NCBI GenBank assembly: GCA_038878295.1
Contig: JAVZVY010000019.1
Coordinates: 1 to 15,426 of the forward strand
Length of the DNA: 15,426 nt
Direction: 5' to 3'
Source: Candidatus Micrarchaeaceae archaeon
Lineage (GTDB): Archaea > Micrarchaeota > Micrarchaeia > Micrarchaeales > CABMGC01
Below the pieces are notes generated by a model. That model was not told the DNA's origin. It ran no database searches and worked only from the letters and a program-made list of their open reading frames with translations. Below are positions 8,686 through 15,426 of the stretch, in pieces (within the stretch, counting starts at the first letter, position 1; every line of letters begins with the position of its first letter). The position numbers and the translations under genes are program-made.

Positions 8686-10569
8686 CTATTCGTCTTTAGT
8701 ATAAAACCTTTTGTAAGAGAAAGGCCTGAATTTTATTCCACCTCCAATGTAGAACTTCGAAAAGAACTCAACGAAGTTCAGCCTTATGCCTTGCACTATG
8801 CCCTCAAAGATCGCGAGTATCATATTAAGAAAGTGCAGCATTATGAATACAATGAGAAGAGCAATAAAGACGAGTATGCCGTGTGCAAGCGTAGGCGTGA
8901 ATGCCATGTCTATTAGCATTGCTATTATTACGCTGCCGAGACCAAAGCCCATAAGCCTTGCGTAGCTTAAGGGATGAGTTATGAGGTTTGTGAGCTCGCT
9001 AGCCTCTATGCCGCTCAACGCGCCTGTTACGCCAAGGGCTATCACAGCTATTATCGCAGTTGGCAGCGCAAGCGCCGCGCTGAGAAGCCCGAAGAAGCCG
9101 CTAGCCACCGCCACTGTGCCAAATGCTATTGTGACTATTCCGGTAAGCTTACTGACAGCTAGCTTTTTCTTGTCGTGGTGATAGTCATTCAGGAAGCCGA
9201 AGAAAAGTCCAAGGCAGACCTGAAATATGCCGAAGAGTATGCTTATGCCTATTATTGCTGTCGCGTCTTTGAGCCAGCTGAATCCAGTAAACGTAGTGAA
9301 GTATTGGTTGAGCTGGAATCCAAAATACTGGTTTGAGAGGAAACCGAAGACTATCGCAGAGATAGAAGTGAGCTGCCAGATCTTCGCAGCATTGTGCACA
9401 AGACCTTCTGGATTTGTTATCTTTGCTATCCATGTCACAAATAGCAGCGAAGCCAAACCATAGCCGACGTCACTGACCATCAGCCCGTAAAAGATTGGGA
9501 AAAAGATTATGAACACCCATGTGGGATCTATCTCGTCGCTCCTTGGCACCGAGTAGAATTCCATCATGTAGTCGAAGGGCTTCAGAAAACCTGGCCTTGA
9601 GAGCAGCGTCGGCGCCAATTCATCAGTTTTCACCGCTTCGATGCAGTATCTGCCATTCGCGGCTTTTCCTACGACCTCTTCAAGGCTTTCAATATTCCTC
9701 TTAGGAACCCAGCCCTCGACAACAAATGTGCTTTCAGTCTTCTTGAACATGCCACTTATTCCTGCTCTCGCGGCTTCTATTTCAAGCATTTCCTTTATGC
9801 CAGCGAGTTCATTGTAGTATTTCATACTTATGGCGTCTATCTCATCCGCAATCCTTTGCAGCTGTGCAGAATATTCGCCTTCGAGCTTCTCAGCATTCTT
9901 TAGCATTGCTTCGGGCTTTGTGTCGATGTACTTTCCGCCAAGGTCTATCTCCCTGATCTTTGCGCCCTTTATCGCTTCTTCTATGCTTGCAGTTTTCTCA
10001 TAGGCAACGAGAAAGCCAACGTTTTTCTTGCCCGCCCCGGTTATAACTTCGGCCTTCGCCTTTGATTTTGAAATAAGGCTAGCAACCCTCTCCGCTTCTT
10101 TGCTCTCGGCTTCGAAAGCTCTGAACGAAAGAACCTCGCTTTTCAGTGCGCCAAAGTCAATGCCTGTACCTTCGAAAAGCCTTGCAACATGCTCTGCATT
10201 CCTCAGTGCAGAAATTTCGTCGTTGAGCCTTTTCCTCGAATCGTTAAGCTCGTATATCCTGCCTATAATTTCATAGCCATTGAGCTTTGCCAGAAGCGTC
10301 GCAAGGTCCATATGCGCCTCAAGGCGTGCAGGCCGTTTCCAGGCTTCGCTCCTCTTTTTCTTCCTTTCTATTATCTGCAGGGCTCCGCCGACCCTTATGA
10401 GCGCGTCAGAAACTTCGTTGATGAACCCAGAAGGTGCGTCGTCAGCCATTTGCAGGCTTGCCTTTCTTATATCAAGAACCCCGAGTCCGTGCATGGCTTT
10501 TACTATCGCCTGCTTGTCACTCTGCAGGCCTATGATTCTCACTTTCTGCATCTGCTCCGAATGTAGCAT
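8686..10569 (-). CDS. atpI: A/V-type ATP synthase subunit I (a)
   Basis: EGWVP, PTLL, YSVPRSDEIDPT, FYGLMVSDVGYG, LSYARLMG (essential Arg) and IQGIRLNFVEFFSKFY-like motifs. Confidence 0.96.
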   Translation of the reverse strand: MLHSEQMQKVRIIGLQSDKQAIVKAMHGLGVLDIRKASLQMADDAPSGFINEVSDALIRVGGALQIIERKKKRSEAWKRPARLEAHMDLATLLAKLNGYEIIGRIYELNDSRKRLNDEISALRNAEHVARLFEGTGIDFGALKSEVLSFRAFEAESKEAERVASLISKSKAKAEVITGAGKKNVGFLVAYEKTASIEEAIKGAKIREIDLGGKYIDTKPEAMLKNAEKLEGEYSAQLQRIADEIDAISMKYYNELAGIKEMLEIEAARAGISGMFKKTESTFVVEGWVPKRNIESLEEVVGKAANGRYCIEAVKTDELAPTLLSRPGFLKPFDYMMEFYSVPRSDEIDPTWVFIIFFPIFYGLMVSDVGYGLASLLFVTWIAKITNPEGLVHNAAKIWQLTSISAIVFGFLSNQYFGFQLNQYFTTFTGFSWLKDATAIIGISILFGIFQVCLGLFFGFLNDYHHDKKKLAVSKLTGIVTIAFGTVAVASGFFGLLSAALALPTAIIAVIALGVTGALSGIEASELTNLITHPLSYARLMGFGLGSVIIAMLIDMAFTPTLAHGILVFIALLIVFIMLHFLNMILAIFEGIVQGIRLNFVEFFSKFYIGGGIKFRPFSYKRFYTKDE

Positions 10570-10893
10570 TTATGCACCTAAAATCAGTTTCGCAATCTCC
10601 TTTGCTATCTTTTTTCTGCTGGTCGCACTGAGTTTTAGCCTGCCTGCGCTGGCTGCTGCAGACTTTGCCTCAGCAATTTTTCTGCTTCTAAGCTCTGTGA
10701 CAGCTTTCTCAGCATTTTCAAGAATTTCGCTTCTGGTCGACTTCGCTTTTGCCTCAGCCTCCGCAAGTATTGCTCTTGCTTTCTCTTTGGCTGCTGCAAT
10801 CTTATCATTCTTTTCCTTCTCTACTTTTTCAATTAGCTCTTTTGCCCTGTTTTCAGCGTCCTGAACTTTATTTATTGCATCAGTGCCCTGCAT
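10570..10893 (-). CDS. atpH: A/V-type ATP synthase subunit H (G-like peripheral stalk)
   Basis: About 107-aa charged coiled coil (INKVQDAENRAKELIEK...AKEKARAILAEAE), first gene of the operon and abutting atpI. ATG 10893 is preceded by GTGGT. Confidence 0.85.
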   Translation of the reverse strand: MQGTDAINKVQDAENRAKELIEKVEKEKNDKIAAAKEKARAILAEAEAKAKSTRSEILENAEKAVTELRSRKIAEAKSAAASAGRLKLSATSRKKIAKEIAKLILGA

Positions 10894-11078
10894 CAAACCA
10901 CAATTAGCTGCGAAACATATTATAATACAGCAACAATTTTAATAGTTAGCGCAGCCTCACAATTTACCTTCAGATGGAAGAGGACGCAAGATGCCATTTG
11001 CCTTGTTGTTTTCAATTGATACACTTCCATATATGGCTTCTAAAAAACGCCATTTTCTGAAGCAGCCAATGAAAAGGC

Positions 11079-11091
11079 AAAATATATAAAA
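11079..11091 (+). promoter_or_regulatory. BRE/TATA promoter of the 11122 gene
   Basis: Purine-rich AAAAGGCAAAA followed by TATATAAA, about 30 nt upstream of ATG 11122. Confidence 0.55.
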
Positions 11092-11121
11092 TCCAAAATT
11101 AAAGATGTTAATCGGCATTGG

Positions 11122-11811
11122 ATGGAGACCGAAAAAGTCAGTGGAGCAGAAGGACTCGACAAATATGGCCTGACAGTTTCAGATATAAACGGCATACTTC
11201 AGCGCGCGGGCATAACGGAAGATATCAAGATAATAAGGATAGGCTCCCCGACCATCGAACTTCTCGGAAACAGTCTTGATTACCTCTCTTTAGAAGTAAA
11301 AGTGGCCAGCATAGCTTCAGGATCAGAATACCCGCTGAAGATATACCTAAGGATGGTGAATTCTTATGTAGAGAAGTTTTTCGGTGATATTGCTAACTAC
11401 ATAGCTAAAATAGGCGAAGATAAGTTCAAATACTACAGCAGGATGCCACTGAACAAAAGCGGCTATGATCCAAAGGACATAGAAGAAATAGCAAGCATAC
11501 TGAAGCGCAATACCAACCCGGAGACGAGAGATCTGCTTTCCGTGAAATTTTCGAAGCTGACAACGCCAGACAATGAAAGAATCATGACCGTAGAGGTATT
11601 CACCAATTTTATATCTCAGAAGTATTTCGATATCATAATATTCTACGCCGCAATGGTTGAGCACCTGTTCGCTTATGCTGATGACACTTTGACGCTGCTG
11701 AGCATGAACACTACATCAGTAAATGCTGTTGCTAGCAGCACAGCAAAAAAGATAAAGCAGATTATCGAAAGTCTGAAGAGAAGAGATGAGGAGCCGCCAG
11801 GCTACTTATAG
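11122..11811 (+). CDS. Hypothetical soluble protein (229 aa)
   Basis: Long ORF with its own TATA box and protein-like composition. No family recognised. Ends ...RRDEEPPGYL. Confidence 0.8.
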   Translation: METEKVSGAEGLDKYGLTVSDINGILQRAGITEDIKIIRIGSPTIELLGNSLDYLSLEVKVASIASGSEYPLKIYLRMVNSYVEKFFGDIANYIAKIGEDKFKYYSRMPLNKSGYDPKDIEEIASILKRNTNPETRDLLSVKFSKLTTPDNERIMTVEVFTNFISQKYFDIIIFYAAMVEHLFAYADDTLTLLSMNTTSVNAVASSTAKKIKQIIESLKRRDEEPPGYL

Positions 11812-11835
11812 TGCATAGACTCTGCCCTGATTCTA

Positions 11836-11849
11836 GAAAAGGATATAAA
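11836..11849 (+). promoter_or_regulatory. BRE/TATA promoter of the RNase P RNA gene
   Basis: GAAAAGGATATAAA, about 20-25 nt upstream of the P1 helix start. Confidence 0.65.
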
Positions 11850-11868
11850 GGTCAGGGCGCATATTATT

Positions 11869-12106
11869 GACGTGGTGCGCGGGTGGCTTACCGTTTCTAA
11901 CGGAGGAAGCTCTCCCCATGCAGAGGTTGCGAATGCCCAAGGCATAATTCGATACAGAAACGAACCGCTGCCGCACATTGCGATGACAATACGAGCGTGC
12001 GGGTGCGGATGAAACGAATCGATGCGCAATCTGTGAGCATGCAAGGCGATATGCCGCTTAGTCGAATGCCACCTAAAACAGAAGGGAGGCTACGGCGCAC
12101 CACATC
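11869..12106 (+). ncRNA. rnpB: RNase P RNA (archaeal, short, type M-like)
   Basis: P1 GTGGTGCGC 11872-11880/GCGCACCAC 12095-12103. P2 GGTGGC/GCCACC. P3 CCGTT/AACGG. CR-I GAGGAAGCTCTCCC and CR-V AACAGAAGGGAGGCTA forming P4. CR-II ACAGAAA 11954-11960. CR-III TGAAAC 12010-12015. P5 CATGC/GCATG followed by CAAG. Confidence 0.93.
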
Positions 12107-12150
12107 CTATAAGCGAGCGGCTTCTTATCTATTGACTGCATACACTGCTG

Positions 12151-12157
12151 TTTTTTT
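12151..12157 (+). terminator. T7 tract, possible archaeal terminator for rnpB
   Basis: TTTTTTT about 45 nt after the RNase P RNA 3' end, abutting the convergent tRNA. Confidence 0.4.
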
Positions 12158-12277
12158 GGCGGGGGCGGGATTTGAACGCGCGACCTCTAGATTTCTTAGC
12201 AATCATAGCAAAATGCTCATCACTCATAATGCTTGGCATATGAGTCTAGCGCTCTAACCAGGCTAAGCTACCCCGCC
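12157..12277 (-). tRNA. tRNA-Met(CAT), probably elongator, with a 46-nt intron at canonical position 37/38 (intron 12193-12238); CCA not encoded
   Basis: GGCGGGG-TAGCTTAGCCTGGTTAGAGCG-CTAGA-CTCATA[intron]A-TCTAG-AGGTC-GCGCG-TTCAAAT-CCCGC-CCCCGCC-A. G1-C72 and A31-U39, with no three consecutive G-C pairs in the anticodon stem, argue against initiator. Ile2 is not fully excluded. Confidence 0.93.
12193..12238 (-). ncRNA. tRNA intron with a putative minimal box C'/D' guide RNA
   Basis: Intron TGCCAAGC-ATTATGAGT-G-ATGA-GCA-TTT-TGC-T-ATGATT-GC-TAAGAA. It contains a 9-nt antisense to the spliced anticodon loop, a D'-like ATGA, a 3-bp stem-loop and a C'-like ATGATT. Confidence 0.6.
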
Positions 12278-12317
12278 AACTATTATAGAATTGTCGGAAA
12301 TATTATTATTGTTTTCT

Positions 12318-12944
12318 ATGCCGCGCGGAGGCAATGCCAGAATGGTTAAAGCTCTTGTTTACAGTGGCGATGCTGACGACAAAATTGCAGACGCAATGCT
12401 TAAATTCGACAGAAGGGATTTCTTACCGGAGTCGCAAAAAGAATATGCGTATGTGGACGAGCCTCTGCCCATAGGAGAAGGCCAAACCACTTCGGCGCCG
12501 AGCATAATGGCATTCATGCTTAAGAGCCTTGAGCTGCGCAAAGGCATAAAGGTTCTTGAGGTCGGCACAGGCATCGGCTATCAGACCGCGCTTCTCTCGC
12601 ATCTTGTCGGGAGTAGCGGCTCAGTAATAAGCATGGAAATATCAAAAAGCATCTTCGATTTAGCATCGCAGAACATAAAGGCTCACAAAATAAGGAACGT
12701 AAGGCTTGTCAATGCAAACGCCCTTGAAGCGTACGGACTCTATGCGCCTTATGACAGGATAATATTCTCTGCAGCTATCAGGAAGCTCGACAAGGATATT
12801 GCCATGTCACTCGTCGATAGCGGCATCATGGTTGCGCCAATTGGCGATTTCTTTGGCCAATACCTATACAAGATAACACGAGCTGGGCGCGACTTGAAAG
12901 CAGAGGCGTTGCTTCCGGTTGCATTCGTGAGCATCATCCAGTGA
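12318..12944 (+). CDS. pcm: Protein-L-isoaspartate O-methyltransferase
   Basis: DRRDFLP, AYVDEPLPIGEGQTTSAP, VLEVGTGIGYQTALL, APYDRII and MVAPIG motifs. ATG 12318 is preferred over TTG 12291, which overlaps the tRNA promoter region. Confidence 0.92.
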   Translation: MPRGGNARMVKALVYSGDADDKIADAMLKFDRRDFLPESQKEYAYVDEPLPIGEGQTTSAPSIMAFMLKSLELRKGIKVLEVGTGIGYQTALLSHLVGSSGSVISMEISKSIFDLASQNIKAHKIRNVRLVNANALEAYGLYAPYDRIIFSAAIRKLDKDIAMSLVDSGIMVAPIGDFFGQYLYKITRAGRDLKAEALLPVAFVSIIQ

Positions 12945-13006
12945 TTTTTATCTGCGTAACACTATTTTTATATTATATATTTATATTTGTTCTGAGTAAT
13001 TTTTGC

Positions 13007-14020
13007 ATGGTCCTTTTTGCTGGTTTTATAGAATCGATCCTTAGTTTTACCGCTCTCCATATAAACCTGTACAATCCGCAGAACGTTGACGTATATTCAG
13101 CAATAGTCATTGCTCTCCTTTTGGGTTTCGTCCACGGCATAACCCCTGATGAGCACACATGGCCGATCACCTTTTCATACGCTGTCGGCAGTTACAGCAC
13201 AAAGGGCGGCGCAAAGGCTGGGCTGATATTCTCTACAGGCTTTACAATCCAAAGAGCCGTGCTCTCTGAAGTCGCATACTTCGCGCTAGCAGGCATATTC
13301 ATGACGTCCGCAGCGTTCGGCATAACCTACGTCATAGTCGGCATTGCAATGTTCGTTGCTGGCATGTACATAAAGAACAAGAAAATATACCCTCACTGGC
13401 ACTGGCTTGAGGAAAAGCTTGGATGCTTTTTTGGCGTGCATAAGGCTGGCAGCAGGTGCTATAGGCTAGAGGAGGAGCACAAGCTCAATCCGATCGAATC
13501 TACTGATGCCACAAAGGAGCTCAGGGCCGTGCCGTCGAGGCTTGCATTCCTGCACGGCATTATAGCCGGCTTTGGCTTCGGCGCTTTTGCGCTAATAATC
13601 TATACCGTACTCTCGCCAGCAATGCCAAATGCATGGGTCGGCTGGATTCCTGGCTTTATGTTCGGCATCGGCACAATGATAATGCAGATACTGTTTGGAG
13701 CAGGCTTCGGCACTTGGCTTTCAAGGGCTAAGAGGCTAACTCAGAAGGGCATAGCCTTTGTCGCAAGGACCATAAGCTCTGATGTGCTTTTCTACGGAGG
13801 CTTGGCCTTTGTATTGGCCGGCATTTTAATACTTGCATACCCCAAAATACTTACCTACGGCATTTCAACCGGCATAAAGATACACAATTTGGGCAATCTG
13901 GGCATAGGCTTCTTCATAGTGATATTTGTTGTAGTAGTTATAGGGCTACTCTCATATCTCAGGGCTATGCGTATTGCGAGCGAGTCAAAGGCATTGTGCT
14001 GTGCAACAGGCTCAGCATAG
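13007..14020 (+). CDS. Multi-pass membrane protein, NiCoT/UreH-like (putative Ni/Co permease)
   Basis: GFVHGITPDEHTWP resembles the HAxDxDH signature. Also a later LHGIIAGFG motif, a His/Cys-containing loop (HWHW, C..H...C) and about 8 TM segments. The start is moved to ATG 13007 because the AT-rich 12961-12990 stretch looks like a promoter. Confidence 0.6.
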   Translation: MVLFAGFIESILSFTALHINLYNPQNVDVYSAIVIALLLGFVHGITPDEHTWPITFSYAVGSYSTKGGAKAGLIFSTGFTIQRAVLSEVAYFALAGIFMTSAAFGITYVIVGIAMFVAGMYIKNKKIYPHWHWLEEKLGCFFGVHKAGSRCYRLEEEHKLNPIESTDATKELRAVPSRLAFLHGIIAGFGFGAFALIIYTVLSPAMPNAWVGWIPGFMFGIGTMIMQILFGAGFGTWLSRAKRLTQKGIAFVARTISSDVLFYGGLAFVLAGILILAYPKILTYGISTGIKIHNLGNLGIGFFIVIFVVVVIGLLSYLRAMRIASESKALCCATGSA

Positions 14021-14053
14021 CTGCCATGGTTCGTCTTCCGTCCATAGCTGATA

Positions 14054-14067
14054 AAAGCATTTAAAAA
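14054..14067 (+). promoter_or_regulatory. BRE/TATA promoter of the prenyltransferase gene
   Basis: AAAGCA-TTTAAAAA about 30 nt upstream of TTG 14098. Confidence 0.5.
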
Positions 14068-14097
14068 GGCCACGATTAATATTATTAGCGTGATCTA

Positions 14098-15120
14098 TTG
14101 AACTTCAATGAATACGTGGAGAAGTACAGGCAGCTTGTTTACAAAACAATATGCGACTATGTGCCAATTAAGGAACCTAAAGAGCATTATGCGATAATGC
14201 GCGACTATATAGACAGGCAGGGCAAATACAGGAGGCCAGGCCTTGTAATGCTTACAGGCCAGCTTTTCGGAGCCCAGATAGACAAGCTTGTGCTTCCGGC
14301 AGCCGCTCAGCAGCTTTCCGAAGACTGGATACTAATGCAGGATGACGTTGAGGACGATTCCGACTTAAGACGAGGCAAACCCGCTGCCCAGAAGCTCTAC
14401 GGTTGGGTGCATGCATTCAATGCATCAAACACGGGCCACATGGCCATGTGGAAGATGCTCAAGGACTATATGCTCATGGCTGGCCCGGAAATAGGCAACA
14501 GAATGTATGAGAAATTTTATGACATGCTTACTTATACAATGGAAGGCCAGTACATTGAAAACAACTTCATCCACTATACGAAAGATCTGAGCAAGGTCTC
14601 AGAAGATTTCTATTACAGGATTGCCGATAGCAAGACCTGCTATTATACTGTCTATGGCCCAATGCAGATAGGTGCTATAGCAGCCAGTAAAGACGACAGC
14701 ACGCTGGCAATGCTTAAGGAGATAGGCAAGCCTGCAGGAGTCGCGTTCCAGATCACAGATGACATACTGGACATGGTTGCCGACGAGGCAAAGTTCGGCA
14801 AGAAAAGATATGGCGACCTCTACGAGGGCAAGGTAACGCTCATAATACTTCACACATACGCAAATGCAACCAATGAGGAAAAGGAAAAGATAAACAAAAT
14901 ATACGCTAAGAAAAGAAATGAGAAAACCCCAGAAGAGATAAACTTTCTTATAGAAATGATAAACAAATATGGCGGCATAGAATATGCAAAAGAGCAGGCA
15001 AGCAAATGGGGCAAAAGCGCCGAAGAAGCAATAGAGAAATACAAGGATAGCCTGCCGAATAACGAGTACCTGCCGATAATGGTCTCAGCAATAGAAGAAC
15101 TGTACGTGAGGGAAAAGTAG
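14098..15120 (+). CDS. trans-Isoprenyl (polyprenyl) diphosphate synthase, GGPP/FPP synthase-like
   Basis: GKYRRP, first Asp-rich motif DDVEDDSDLRRGKP, EGQ, KT, second motif FQITDDILD and DLYEGKVT. TTG start with GTGA upstream. Confidence 0.92.
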   Translation: MNFNEYVEKYRQLVYKTICDYVPIKEPKEHYAIMRDYIDRQGKYRRPGLVMLTGQLFGAQIDKLVLPAAAQQLSEDWILMQDDVEDDSDLRRGKPAAQKLYGWVHAFNASNTGHMAMWKMLKDYMLMAGPEIGNRMYEKFYDMLTYTMEGQYIENNFIHYTKDLSKVSEDFYYRIADSKTCYYTVYGPMQIGAIAASKDDSTLAMLKEIGKPAGVAFQITDDILDMVADEAKFGKKRYGDLYEGKVTLIILHTYANATNEEKEKINKIYAKKRNEKTPEEINFLIEMINKYGGIEYAKEQASKWGKSAEEAIEKYKDSLPNNEYLPIMVSAIEELYVREK

Positions 15121-15375
15121 ACTTATTTTGATGATGGTGCCAATTTATATGGTTATTTGGGCTTGCTAGCTAAGACACCGCCCAAAATACGGTTGATATA
15201 TGAAAACAAATAAAAATGCGGATTATGCACGGCCCGATCATGCCAGCTTTGGCTTTGGCTTACAAGGATAATGATGCAACTTCTTTGATACAAAAACGTC
15301 AGGGAGCTTACTTTCTTGCCAAGAGATCCAGAAACGCTGTTTCCATGATGTAGCAGATCTATTCTTCATGAGGGT

Positions 15376-15426
15376 TGCGATCGCCGGGATTTGAACCCGG
15401 GTCTTTGGCTTGGAAGGCCAAAGTCC
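15376..15426 (-). tRNA. tRNA-Gly(TCC), 3' part only (5' end outside the window)
   Basis: Minus strand ...GGACT-TTGGC-CTTCCAA-GCCAA-AGAC-CCGGG-TTCAAAT-CCCGG-CGATCGC-A. Confidence 0.92.

Noticed and set aside
2245..10864. Numerous + strand ORFs (and 9185..9433 on -) overlapping the atp genes
   Set aside because: They are antisense or off-frame shadows of well-conserved ATP synthase genes, with no recognisable motifs.
12217..12223. GTGATGA in the tRNA intron as a canonical box C
   Set aside because: Pairing it with the downstream ATGA gives a G.A mismatch at the G-C position and leaves no guide. The alternative register (ATGA as D', ATGATT as C') gives a correct K-turn and puts C34 at D+5.
11802..12257. 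ORFs 11802..12044(-), 11897..12103(-) and 11997..12257(+)
   Set aside because: They overlap the RNase P RNA and tRNA-Met genes.
15121..15375. Short ORFs (e.g. 43 codons from ATG 15369 on -) or an integration scar downstream of tRNA-Gly
   Set aside because: No recognisable protein, no duplicated tRNA 3' end and no integrase in the window.
1..15426. CRISPR array or cas genes
   Set aside because: No regularly spaced direct repeats or cas-like ORFs were seen.

Overview
Archaeal housekeeping window. DPANN/Micrarchaeota-like origin is inferred from gene content and compactness, not proven. From left to right it carries: a NitT/TauT-type ABC permease (runs off the left edge), an archaeal histone, a small membrane protein, a complete A1Ao/V-type ATP synthase operon on the minus strand (order H-I-K-E-C-F-A-B-D), a hypothetical protein, a short type-M-like RNase P RNA, an intron-containing tRNA-Met(CAT), pcm, a NiCoT/UreH-like membrane protein, a polyprenyl diphosphate synthase and a partial tRNA-Gly(TCC). 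Two non-coding elements stand out. (1) A ~330-bp ORF-less IS200/IS605-type element sits between atpA and atpB. It keeps a fully foldable TnpB-type omegaRNA-like scaffold, including a 6-bp terminal pseudoknot, and its inferred guide is antisense to the 3' end of atpA. (2) The 46-nt tRNA-Met intron contains one C'/D'-type kink-turn and a 9-nt guide complementary to the spliced anticodon loop, with C34 at the D+5 position.
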